From positions 512,001 to 576,000 of the forward strand of contig CAWGBN010000006.1 of assembly GCA_963820825.1 (NCBI GenBank): a DNA stretch of 64,000 bases. Direction: 5' to 3'. A program made the translations under genes and the position numbers. This document shows positions 9,385 through 18,085 of the stretch, piece after piece. The notes beneath the pieces were generated by a model. That model saw only the letters and a list, made by a program, of their open reading frames with translations. It did not search any database and was not told the origin of the DNA. The first letter of the stretch is position 1. The number at the start of each line of letters is the position of its first letter. The DNA comes from Vulcanimicrobiota bacterium (lineage in GTDB: Bacteria > Vulcanimicrobiota > Vulcanimicrobiia > Vulcanimicrobiales > Vulcanimicrobiaceae).

Positions 9385-9810
9385 TTACGCCGCGTCGACG
9401 TAGCAGCTAACGGATTGGACTGCGCTTCCCGTCGAAGCGAACGGCGAGACGAACTTCAGCGTGCTTCCCGAGGAGCGCAAGACCCCGTATTGGGAAACGG
9501 CCGAACTGCCGTTGCGCAGGGCACAGCGAAAGCGTACCGCGGTTGCGCCGGCGGGAGCGGTATACTTCAGCGTAACGTTGACGAAGTAGTTCACATTGCC
9601 GGCCGGAGACGGCTCGAGCACGAAGGAACAGCTCGTGATTGCGACGCCGTGGCCGCTTCCGGAGTCGGAACATGGCATCGGCGGTGCCGGCGATCCGGCG
9701 GCACGAGCGGGGAGGGAGGCAATCGCACCCGTTCCGAGCGCCACCGCCGCCACGACCGCCGGCAGCCGGCGTGCTAGGTAAAGTAATATCGCGATCATCA
9801 TCTTTACCAT
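9385..9810 (-). CDS. Small secreted Cys-containing beta-rich protein
   Basis: Signal-like N-terminus ending PARA; start codon uncertain; resembles 12379-12783. Confidence 0.65.
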   Translation of the reverse strand: MVKMMIAILLYLARRLPAVVAAVALGTGAIASLPARAAGSPAPPMPCSDSGSGHGVAITSCSFVLEPSPAGNVNYFVNVTLKYTAPAGATAVRFRCALRNGSSAVSQYGVLRSSGSTLKFVSPFASTGSAVQSVSCYVDAA

Positions 9811-9916
9811 GTATTCTAGCGTCAGGAGATTATGAACTTCAAGCAAACGGAGAGTCCCACACCTCTCCAAAAAGTCGTCGACCCGAAGTCGGGCTTGGCG
9901 CTCATTCGGCGCTAGC

Positions 9917-10624
9917 GTGTTTGCAAACAGCGATCCGGCAAAGCGCGCGGTGGGCTACGCCGCGGTCGACCGCTTCGTTCGCGACGGCGCGTGCATCGGG
10001 CTTGGAACCGGCACGACCGCATACTGGGCGATCGAACGCGTCGGGCAACGTGTCGCTGCGGGGGAGAAGATCTCCGCGGTTCCTACCTCGAGCGAGACCG
10101 AACGACTCTGCCGTCAACTGGGAATCCCGATTGCGGCGCTGCTGGATCGACCGATGGCAATCGCGATCGACGGGGCGGACGAAGTCGCGCCCGATTGGTC
10201 GCTGACGAAGGGCGGCGGCGGCGCGCTCTTTCGCGAGAAGGTCGTGGCATTCTCGGCCGAGCGATACGTCGTGATCGTTACCGAAGCGAAGCTCGTTCCC
10301 GCCTTGGGCCGCTTTCCGCTGCCGGTCGAGATCGTCCAGTATGCCGCGCCGTACGTTCGGCGCGAGATCGAGCGGTGTTTGGCCGGCGTCGAGGTGAAGC
10401 GGCGCGAAACCGGCGGAGAGCCCTTCGTAACCGACAATGGGAACTGGATCTTCGATTGCCACTTCGGGCGAATCGAGGATCCGCCAACCCTCGACGCGGC
10501 CTTGCGCGCCGTTTCCGGCGTCGTTGCGACGGGGATCTTCGCCGGTATAGCAGACGAAGTGCTGGTCGGCGACGACAACGGCCAAGTCCGCTCGCTCCCT
10601 CGCGTGAAGACTTTGAGAAACTAG
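9917..10624 (+). CDS. rpiA: Ribose-5-phosphate isomerase A
   Basis: GLGTGTT, IDGADEV, KGGGGALFREK and TDNGN motifs. Confidence 0.95.
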   Translation: MFANSDPAKRAVGYAAVDRFVRDGACIGLGTGTTAYWAIERVGQRVAAGEKISAVPTSSETERLCRQLGIPIAALLDRPMAIAIDGADEVAPDWSLTKGGGGALFREKVVAFSAERYVVIVTEAKLVPALGRFPLPVEIVQYAAPYVRREIERCLAGVEVKRRETGGEPFVTDNGNWIFDCHFGRIEDPPTLDAALRAVSGVVATGIFAGIADEVLVGDDNGQVRSLPRVKTLRN

Positions 10625-10693
10625 CTTCACGAGCTATTCTCAGGCTCGGCATAGCATGGCGCCCAGAGTCTACCTAAAACGGGAGCGAGTACC

Positions 10694-12070
10694 ATGCTGA
10701 TTCCGAACGACAGATATACCGGCCGCATTTGCGCGGCGTTGCTCGCGGCGAGCGCCGCATCACTCTCCGGGTGCTACAGCGCAGCCGTATCGGGCATGCC
10801 GCCTTCGGCACCGATCAACGCGCTGCGCAAAACGGCGAGCCCGATCAAGCACGTGGTCTTCATCATTCAGGAGAACCGGTCGTTCAACAATCTCTTCATG
10901 GGCTATCCCGGCACGGCCACGCAGAGCTACGGCTACGATACCTCCGGCAATAAGATCGACTTGCAACCCGAAGATCTCTCGACCATCTGGGATATCGACC
11001 ACTCCGCGAACGCCTTCTTCGCCGCGTGCGACGGAACGGGGAGCCTGCCGGGAACCGATTGCAAGATGGACGGCTGGAACAACGAGATTTCGACGCTGCA
11101 TCACCCCCCGAACCCCGCCTACTCCTACGTGCCGCGAAACCAGATCACGCCGTATTGGACGATGGCGCAGCGATACGTCCTCTCCGACGAAAACTTTACT
11201 TCGAGCCTCGATGCGAGCTTTTCGTCGCATCAGTACGCCGTCGCGGCATACGCGCACCGTGCGGTGAATGGCCCGAGCGGCGACTGGGGTTGCGAGGGCG
11301 ACAAGAGCGACACGATTGCAACGCTCACCGATGCGCGTACGTACGGTCCACGCGTCGCGCCGTGTTTCGACTCTCCGACGCTCGGGCGCGAGGCAGACAA
11401 GGCGGGACTGACGTGGCGCTTTTACGCCGAGGCGGTCGGCGACCTCGGCGGTATGTGGTCTGCATATCAAGCCGACCGCGAAGTCTATAAAGGCGCCGAT
11501 TGGACGAGGAACGTCATCAGCCCGTCGTCACGCTTCCTGACCGACGTCGCAAACGGCCAACTGGCGAACATCACCTGGATCACGCCGACCTTTGCCGCGT
11601 CGGATCATGCCGGTTTTCTCGCCGGCGAGGGACCGGCATGGGTCGCCTCGCTCGTCGACGCGATTGGGAAGAGCAAGTATTGGAAGAGCACGGCAATCTT
11701 CATTACCTGGGACGACTGGGGCGGATTCTTCGATCCGGTTCAACCGGTCTTCATGGATTACGACGGACTCGGTTTTCGCGTACCGCTCATCGTCGTGTCA
11801 CCCTATGCGAAAAAAGGATCGGTCACGCACGTCCAATACGAAACGGCCAGCGTGCTGCGCTTCATCGAAGGTAACTTCGGCTTGCGGCAGCTCGGCGCCA
11901 GCGATACGCGCGCGAACGATCCGGGAAAGGATCCCGCGATCTTCGATTTCCAGCAGCCGCCGCGGAAGTTCAAGAAGATTCCGGGGGCGCAGCCGTCGCA
12001 GTTTTGGGAGCGGTTGGAGCGCTCGTCACGAACGCGTTACAAATCGGTAGAGATCCTCGGCAGCGATTAG
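10694..12070 (+). CDS. Phosphoesterase / phospholipase C family protein (alkaline phosphatase superfamily), probable lipoprotein
   Basis: [24 protein letters not shown] and GFRVPLIVVSPY motifs; LSGC lipobox-like sequence. Confidence 0.9.
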   Translation: MLIPNDRYTGRICAALLAASAASLSGCYSAAVSGMPPSAPINALRKTASPIKHVVFIIQENRSFNNLFMGYPGTATQSYGYDTSGNKIDLQPEDLSTIWDIDHSANAFFAACDGTGSLPGTDCKMDGWNNEISTLHHPPNPAYSYVPRNQITPYWTMAQRYVLSDENFTSSLDASFSSHQYAVAAYAHRAVNGPSGDWGCEGDKSDTIATLTDARTYGPRVAPCFDSPTLGREADKAGLTWRFYAEAVGDLGGMWSAYQADREVYKGADWTRNVISPSSRFLTDVANGQLANITWITPTFAASDHAGFLAGEGPAWVASLVDAIGKSKYWKSTAIFITWDDWGGFFDPVQPVFMDYDGLGFRVPLIVVSPYAKKGSVTHVQYETASVLRFIEGNFGLRQLGASDTRANDPGKDPAIFDFQQPPRKFKKIPGAQPSQFWERLERSSRTRYKSVEILGSD

Positions 12071-12261
12071 ACGATGTCGTCCGGCTCGCCGTGGTGCTCG
12101 TCCCGTTGGTCGCCGCGATTCTCGTCGGCGGTACTCTCGCCGTACTTATCTTCCTCGGCGCGCACCGCTCGCGCGGGATCGACGGGTTGCTCCTCGCGCG
12201 GCACGACGTCGGGCGCAATAACGTCGTCGTCCGTATCCCGATAGGGTAATCCGCTGCTCAT
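12067..12261 (-). CDS. Small acidic hydrophilic hypothetical protein, 64 aa
   Basis: MSSGLPYRDTDDDVIAPD...; fills the intergenic gap and its stop overlaps the stop of the PLC gene. Confidence 0.5.
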   Translation of the reverse strand: MSSGLPYRDTDDDVIAPDVVPREEQPVDPARAVRAEEDKYGESTADENRGDQRDEHHGEPDDIV

Positions 12262-12378
12262 GCTCTTCACTCTACCCGATTCGACCGTCCGGCTCCGGCG
12301 TCTCCTGCAGGGATGATTATCGGGAGGAAGGAAAGCCGCCACCTGCTTACTTCGCATTCGCTAGGGAGAGAGAACCGC

Positions 12379-12783
12379 ATGAAATCTTTCGGTCGCCTGT
12401 TCGCGGTGGCGCTCGTGGGCATCGCTGCCGCAACGGCATCGATGGCGCCGGCGCAAGCCGCCGCGCCGATCCTCATTAAGAGCTGCACCGTCAACAAACC
12501 GAAGCCGCTCAGCCATCAGGCGAGCGGCACGCACATTGTCTACGTCAACCTCGGCAAAAAGACGGCGGCGAGCGTGACGTTCTTGGTCGGCTATCGTAAC
12601 GCGCAGAGCCACTATCTGCGCCGCGTGGAGGACGTCGGTTCCTTCGCGCCCGGTGCGACGATCGATCACACTCTCAGCCTCTACAACGACGTCACCTATT
12701 CCGGCGCACAGACGAGTCAGTGCGCGGCGATCGAGGTGAAGTGGGCCGGCGGCACCATTTGGATGGCGCCATCCTCGCACTAA
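12379..12783 (+). CDS. Small secreted beta-rich protein, 134 aa
   Basis: GGAG SD; signal peptide MKSFGRLFAVALVGIAAATASMAPAQA; two Cys; DVGSFAPGATIDH. Confidence 0.8.
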   Translation: MKSFGRLFAVALVGIAAATASMAPAQAAAPILIKSCTVNKPKPLSHQASGTHIVYVNLGKKTAASVTFLVGYRNAQSHYLRRVEDVGSFAPGATIDHTLSLYNDVTYSGAQTSQCAAIEVKWAGGTIWMAPSSH

Positions 12784-12802
12784 CGTTCTAGCAGGGAACA
12801 GC

Positions 12803-12838
12803 AAGAGGCCGGTCGCTCGGATCGGCCCCTTCTTTTTT
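12803..12838 (+). terminator. Rho-independent terminator
   Basis: Stem AAGAGGCCGGTC / GATCGGCCCCTT (one G-U pair, one mismatch) followed by CTTTTTT. Confidence 0.75.
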
Positions 12839-12844
12839 GGCGGG

Positions 12845-13519
12845 ATGGCTTTCTCGGCTGTCGAAGCGCGAAGCGTGCGCGTCGGATTGCGGACGATCGT
12901 CTCCCTCGCATTGTGCGCCGCAGCCGCCGGGGCGGCGATCGCCCATCTTGCGATCGACGTCGTCGGCGACTACGTTCTCGCCAGCGACAGCTACGACCAT
13001 CTTCGCCACGGCTCGCGCGAGCTGCTTACCGGCATCGCGCTCATCGTCGCCGCCGTTCTGGCGGCGCAAGGGCTGCGGATCTGCTGCGAGATTGCGTCCA
13101 AAAACCGGACCCGTTTGCTTCGCCCGTCGCTCCCACTGCCGGAGACCATCGGTATGCTTGCCGGCGCGGCAACGGCGAGCCTCGCGATCGTGCCCGGCAT
13201 GGAGTATCTCGACGGGCGGCTCGACGGTATGCCGGTGCGCGGCATCGCCGACGCATTCGGCGGTTCGATTCCGCTCGGTTTGGCCACAACACTGGCCTGC
13301 GCCACGCTCGTCGCCATCTCGGTTTACGCCTTCGCTCGCTGGTTGATCTCGCATCGCGATTCCGTCGCGACGATCATCGAGACGCTCTTGCGCCGCAGCG
13401 TCGAGAACGATCGGCCGCAAGAGTACGACCTCACTGCGCAGCGGGTAATGGTCCGCCGGCGCACTCCCAACGCGCTTCGCCTCGCTAAGCGCGGACCTCC
13501 TCAGACTCGCTTCGCGTAG
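12845..13519 (+). CDS. Multi-pass membrane leader protein with C-terminal RGPP motif (putative translation-arrest regulator)
   Basis: About four hydrophobic segments, a His/Asp loop, and a C-terminus LRLAKRGPPQTRFA; 42 bp upstream of a TonB-dependent receptor. Confidence 0.8.
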   Translation: MAFSAVEARSVRVGLRTIVSLALCAAAAGAAIAHLAIDVVGDYVLASDSYDHLRHGSRELLTGIALIVAAVLAAQGLRICCEIASKNRTRLLRPSLPLPETIGMLAGAATASLAIVPGMEYLDGRLDGMPVRGIADAFGGSIPLGLATTLACATLVAISVYAFARWLISHRDSVATIIETLLRRSVENDRPQEYDLTAQRVMVRRRTPNALRLAKRGPPQTRFA

Positions 13520-13555
13520 CCAACCCCAAACAACCGAAGCACTCGTCTACAGGAG
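13497..13555 (+). promoter_or_regulatory. Putative mRNA hairpin that occludes the Shine-Dalgarno of the receptor gene
   Basis: Nested complementarity: CTCCT 13497-13501 with AGGAG 13551-13555; AGAC 13503-13506 with GTCT 13545-13548; GCTTCG 13509-13514 with CGAAGC 13535-13540. Confidence 0.65.
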
Positions 13556-13561
13556 CACTCC

Positions 13562-16147
13562 ATGGGAATTCCAGTCGCATGCGTTCGCGCGTGCGTTTCC
13601 TTAGCACTCGCGGCCGCCATTTCAACGGCCGGCATCGGCATCGCGCAAGCGCAGAGCGCTGCGCTCGACGTTACCGGCTCGGTAACGGCAAACGACGGAA
13701 CGCCGATCGCCGGAGCATCGGTCGTCCTCTCATCGTCGGGAGCGTCGCAGGGCGCTCGAAGCGACGCGAGCGGTCACTTCGTCATTCACAACCTGCGCCC
13801 GGGCACGTACGCGCTCCACGCCGCCGCGCCCGGATACGAAACGATTTCGCAACGCACCGTTACGGTCGATTTCGTCAGCGCGACGCTCACCGTCACGCTC
13901 TCGCCGGCGACGACGAACTCACTCACCGTCATCGGCGAGGTGCGAGCCTCCGCCGGTGAAACGGTTTCCACCGCGTCGGCTCCAAGCGTCACGCTCAGCG
14001 CGCAAGACGCCGCCGCCGCCGGGGTGACGAGTGCGGGAGCGATGATCTGGCCGCAACTCTCGGTAACGCCGGTCATTCCGTTGGGCGGCGGCAGCAACGC
14101 AACGCAGACGTTTGCCGTGCGGGGTCCGGACCCGACCGAAACGTTAGTGGACATCGACGGGCATCAAATGAACAACGGCAACACCGGCGACTTTGATCTT
14201 TCACTGCTCGATCCGGCGGCGTTGCAAGAAGTGCAGGTCATATACGGCATCGCTCCGTCGTCGCTGATCGGTCCGAATACGATCGGCGGCGGAGTCAACA
14301 TCCTCACGCTGCAGCCGAGCATCGCTCCGCATTCGCTGCTCCGCTTCTTCGGTGGATCGTACGGCACGTTCGGTGGAACGGTGCAGACTACGGGAACGGA
14401 CGATCGCTTCGGCTACGCCGTCTCGCTTCACGCCACCAGTTCGCTCGGCTCGGTGAATCAAACCGTGGTGGCGCCGCCGCCGGGTGGAACGCCGCCGGGC
14501 CCAGGCGGCGACGCGCGTCCGCTCGACGATCAGGAGGAGACGCCGCAACAAGTCGGCAGCAGTTCGTATGGCAACTCCATTCTGACCAAGCTGCGCTATC
14601 AACTCGGCGGCCCGACCGGCTACGGCTACATCCAATTCAATTTCCGCAACGAGAACGTCAGCAAAGACGAGTCGGCTCTGCTCACCAACTACACGCCTCC
14701 GGGCTTTAGCGGCGGCGGTGGCGACGCGCTCCATTTCGGGGCGGCCCGGCCGCTCGACGACGACGAAACGACCAGCGGCTATCAGAGCTTCGCCGGGACG
14801 TGGCTCCAGGCGCATCAGTCCAACTATGGATTCGACGCGCAAGTGCCGTTGGGAGGCGCGCAGGTGAACGGCGCGCCGGCAACGCTCCTGCAGTTCAGCC
14901 ACCTGACGTCGGTCGCCTCACAGTCGGTCGCCGGTCCGGGTGCCGAGACGATGCAGTATCTCTACAATCAGCGCGATCTGCTCGGCGACGATTGGCTCGA
15001 GGTCGATCAGCACTTCAACACCGGGATGCTTTCGTTCAAGTACGATCTCGGTACGGAGAGCCTGACGACCAACTACGTGCAAGGGCAGGTCGTCGCCGAG
15101 GCTCGTCCGATCGGCGGCGGTTTTGGGCCGACCGGCCCGGCGGTGGCGCCTGCACTGATACTGCCGGCAGTTCAGCCGCCGATTCAAACACTCGGACTCT
15201 CGCAGACCGAGCGCTCCGCCGTGTTACGATACAACGGCGACCCGACCAGCCACATTCACTATTCCATTGCGGCATATCAAAGCAACTTCAGCACGTTCGG
15301 AACGAGCTTCGATCCGCGCGCCGGTTTCGTCTGGACGCCGACGGGGAACACCGCGGTGCGCGCTTCGGTCGGTACGACCTTCCAGACGCCGCAGCTCTCC
15401 GAACTCGTGGTGCCGCCGCCGCAGGATCGGGTTCCCGTTGGGGGCGTGATCTACACCGGCAACCCGAATCTGCAGCCCGATCATGCAACCGATTACGACC
15501 TGGGCATGGAGCAGATCTTTGGAAAAGCGCATCATCCGCTGCACCTCTCGATGGATCTCTACCAGACGAATCTGCGCTCGCCGTCGAGCCAGCTCAACGT
15601 CATTCCGGTCCCGCATTGCGAACATAAGCACGTGCCGTGTCCGATCAGCATGCCGGTCAACGCCGGCAACGGCGTCTATCGCGGGATCGACGTTCACGCC
15701 GATCAACAACTCGGCGGCGACTTCCACATTCGCGCGGGATGGGACGTCGACAGCTCGTTTTTGACCGTGATTCCGGTCTCCGTCCAAGACGGAACGCTCG
15801 CCGCCGGAGAGCAGTCGCTTGGGCAACCCCTGCACAAGGCCTATCTGGCGGTCGAAGAGCAGCCGCCGCAGGGCTTGAACTACGGCGCCGAGCTCAACTA
15901 CGAGGGCTGGTACAACGAGCTGAACCGCTCGCCGTATGCAACCCTCAACGCGCACGTCGCCTACACGCACGACGGTTTCGAGTACGGTCTGTACGGAACG
16001 AACCTCACGAACGTTTACGCCGACCCGTTCACGGTCGTCGGCGGCGGATTCGTCTATGGCGGAATCCCGGGCGCTCCGGTCATTCCGACCAATTCGTTCG
16101 TCTTGCAGGGCGCTCAAGTCATCTTCGTCGTGACGAAGTCAATCTAG
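13562..16147 (+). CDS. TonB-dependent receptor with N-terminal carboxypeptidase-regulatory-like domain
   Basis: Signal peptide; GTPIAGASVVL domain; plug motifs (FAVRG, TLVDIDG, IGGGVNI); GNPNLQPD; C-terminal beta-strand. Confidence 0.9.
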   Translation: MGIPVACVRACVSLALAAAISTAGIGIAQAQSAALDVTGSVTANDGTPIAGASVVLSSSGASQGARSDASGHFVIHNLRPGTYALHAAAPGYETISQRTVTVDFVSATLTVTLSPATTNSLTVIGEVRASAGETVSTASAPSVTLSAQDAAAAGVTSAGAMIWPQLSVTPVIPLGGGSNATQTFAVRGPDPTETLVDIDGHQMNNGNTGDFDLSLLDPAALQEVQVIYGIAPSSLIGPNTIGGGVNILTLQPSIAPHSLLRFFGGSYGTFGGTVQTTGTDDRFGYAVSLHATSSLGSVNQTVVAPPPGGTPPGPGGDARPLDDQEETPQQVGSSSYGNSILTKLRYQLGGPTGYGYIQFNFRNENVSKDESALLTNYTPPGFSGGGGDALHFGAARPLDDDETTSGYQSFAGTWLQAHQSNYGFDAQVPLGGAQVNGAPATLLQFSHLTSVASQSVAGPGAETMQYLYNQRDLLGDDWLEVDQHFNTGMLSFKYDLGTESLTTNYVQGQVVAEARPIGGGFGPTGPAVAPALILPAVQPPIQTLGLSQTERSAVLRYNGDPTSHIHYSIAAYQSNFSTFGTSFDPRAGFVWTPTGNTAVRASVGTTFQTPQLSELVVPPPQDRVPVGGVIYTGNPNLQPDHATDYDLGMEQIFGKAHHPLHLSMDLYQTNLRSPSSQLNVIPVPHCEHKHVPCPISMPVNAGNGVYRGIDVHADQQLGGDFHIRAGWDVDSSFLTVIPVSVQDGTLAAGEQSLGQPLHKAYLAVEEQPPQGLNYGAELNYEGWYNELNRSPYATLNAHVAYTHDGFEYGLYGTNLTNVYADPFTVVGGGFVYGGIPGAPVIPTNSFVLQGAQVIFVVTKSI

Positions 16148-16292
16148 CACGGAGCGCACGGCAGATGTCCGACGAGACGATTAAAGTGACGTTCCAGATC
16201 AGGCCGACCGCGAAGGGCCGGCTTCTCGCGCCGAACTTCATCGACGCACTCGAAACCGACGTGAAGGAGGCGCCTAGGGCGATCGCGCGCTC

Positions 16293-17108
16293 TTAGAAGA
16301 GCATCGTCTGAAAATCGCCGACGCGCTCGAAGCCGACGCGCCGGTAGAGTGCGATCGCGCGTTCGTTGAAGTCGTTGACGTAGAGCGAAAGCGTCGGCGA
16401 AACGTCGAGCATCCGATCGCAGAGCGCGGCGAGCGAACGGGTCGCAAGGCCGCGCCCTCGCAACTCCTCCGGCGTCCAGATTCCCTGTAGCTGAATCGTC
16501 TTGGTGCACCAGGGGCCGATGTTGCAGAAGAAGCAGATGCGGCCGTCGGCTACGCCCACCCACCATAAGTTTCGTTCGATCATTTCGCGAATGCCCGCGC
16601 CGAACTCCGGAGCGCCGCGCCGGGGATCGTAGGCGAGTTCCTGCCGGACCATCTCGGCCGAGCTTTCGGCGACGGCACGCCATTCGTCGAGGCCCGCGTG
16701 CCGCACGGTTATTCCGCGGCGCTCGTGGCGGCGCAGGTTGGCGCGATCGACCATCATTACGTATTGGCGATCGCGTACCAGGCGCGGCGGAGCGTGCCAC
16801 GCGCGAACGGCCTGCCAGTATTGCGCAACGGTCTCGCGCGGTCCGACGATCATGCGTTCGCCGCGATGGCGTCTGGCGTATTCACCGAAATCGCCGACGA
16901 CCGCCGGTTCGGCGGCGAGCACGAGTTGACGTCCCCAGTAGGCGACGCCCAGCACCTTCCCGCGCTCGAGCGCAACCGCAACGTGCTTTCGTTCGGAGAG
17001 CGACGGATTGTGCAAGAGCACGTGAGAGAGGAAGACGTTGAGATATGGCGAGCGCGCGAGATACTTCAATGCCGGCGCTCGCGTCGCCTCAGAAATTGAT
17101 TCGATCAC
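16293..17108 (-). CDS. GNAT family acetyltransferase
   Basis: WTPEELRGRGLA and NERAIALYRRVGF. GTG 17108 overlaps the upstream TGA, so the N-terminal extension in the ORF track is spurious. Confidence 0.9.
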   Translation of the reverse strand: MIESISEATRAPALKYLARSPYLNVFLSHVLLHNPSLSERKHVAVALERGKVLGVAYWGRQLVLAAEPAVVGDFGEYARRHRGERMIVGPRETVAQYWQAVRAWHAPPRLVRDRQYVMMVDRANLRRHERRGITVRHAGLDEWRAVAESSAEMVRQELAYDPRRGAPEFGAGIREMIERNLWWVGVADGRICFFCNIGPWCTKTIQLQGIWTPEELRGRGLATRSLAALCDRMLDVSPTLSLYVNDFNERAIALYRRVGFERVGDFQTMLF

Positions 17109-17614
17109 GGAGCGGAGAGATTTGCGTCCATCAGCGGTTTGCTCGTCGGTTCTTTGCTGCCCCCATCGGGCTCGAGGGTGACGGAAACCTCGGCGGTCGA
17201 ACGCGCGTCGGCAGGGAGAACGATCAGCGCGACGCCGCGCGCATCGGGCAAGAAGGTGGGCGATGCCAGCGGTTTGGTCGATCCTTTTGGCGTCGTCCAC
17301 GCTTGATAGACCTTGCCGTGCGGCGGTTCCGGCACCGCCCGCAGCGCGAGGTAGATCCGGCTCCCGTGCGTGACGACTTCGCCTGCACCGAACTGATAGT
17401 GGCGAGCGTGCGTATCGAGCACGTCGAAGAGCGCGGTGCGTTCGCCGGCCAGGTTGCGAGCGAGCGCAATCGATCGCTCGGAGAGATGGGCGAGCTCCCG
17501 CTGCTGCTGTTTGATCTGTCCGAGCAGCGAGATGTTCGCAATCGACGAAATCAATGCGATCGCGAAGCAGGCTGCGGCGACGAGATATACCGGCCATGCC
17601 GTTGCGGACTTCAC
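17105..17614 (-). CDS. Anti-sigma factor RskA-domain membrane protein
   Basis: TM helix, coiled coil, PPHGKVYQAW and VTLEPDGGSKEPT. Confidence 0.8.
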   Translation of the reverse strand: MKSATAWPVYLVAAACFAIALISSIANISLLGQIKQQQRELAHLSERSIALARNLAGERTALFDVLDTHARHYQFGAGEVVTHGSRIYLALRAVPEPPHGKVYQAWTTPKGSTKPLASPTFLPDARGVALIVLPADARSTAEVSVTLEPDGGSKEPTSKPLMDANLSAP

Positions 17615-17677
17615 CTAAAGTATCTTCCCATGGCATCTTCGAGGCCCTCCGCCGGGCCACGTCGTAAGTCTGCCGCC

Positions 17678-18085
17678 ATGGAAGCGCTCGACGAGCTGCG
17701 GGCAAAGATCGCCGATTTTCCGGGCTATGGCGACGACCTCAAGTTGCGCCGCTCCGACGAATACGTTCGCGCGTATCTCGGGGAGGCACTGGCCGGGATC
17801 GGTACGCGCTGCGAGCTGGCGCCCGACGTGCGCCAGCGCCTCGACGACCTGCTGCTGCGCGTCGAGTTCGCCGATGCGCGTGCGTTTGCGACGCACCGCG
17901 TCGCGGGAGCGAGCGAACCGCGCGACGGCGTCCACGCCGTAGCGGAGGCGGACGTCGCGACCGTCGCACTCGCCGATCGCGCGGCATCGATCGATGGAGT
18001 ATCGGCGCCGCTTTTCTTCGACGACGTCGTCGCCGTTCTCGGCGAGCGCGACGCGGCGATCCGCGCCGCCATGAAGATGGCGTAG
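17678..18085 (+). CDS. Hypothetical helical protein, about 135 aa
   Basis: MEALDELRAKIADFPGY...; its stop overlaps the GTG start of the GH20 gene. Confidence 0.7.
   Translation: MEALDELRAKIADFPGYGDDLKLRRSDEYVRAYLGEALAGIGTRCELAPDVRQRLDDLLLRVEFADARAFATHRVAGASEPRDGVHAVAEADVATVALADRAASIDGVSAPLFFDDVVAVLGERDAAIRAAMKMA

Noticed and set aside
16293..17705. Long N-terminal extensions on the GNAT, and likewise on GH130 (42649), YkgJ (52543) and the transporter (19797)
   Set aside because: They overlap genuine neighbouring genes, and better starts with stop/start overlaps or short gaps exist.
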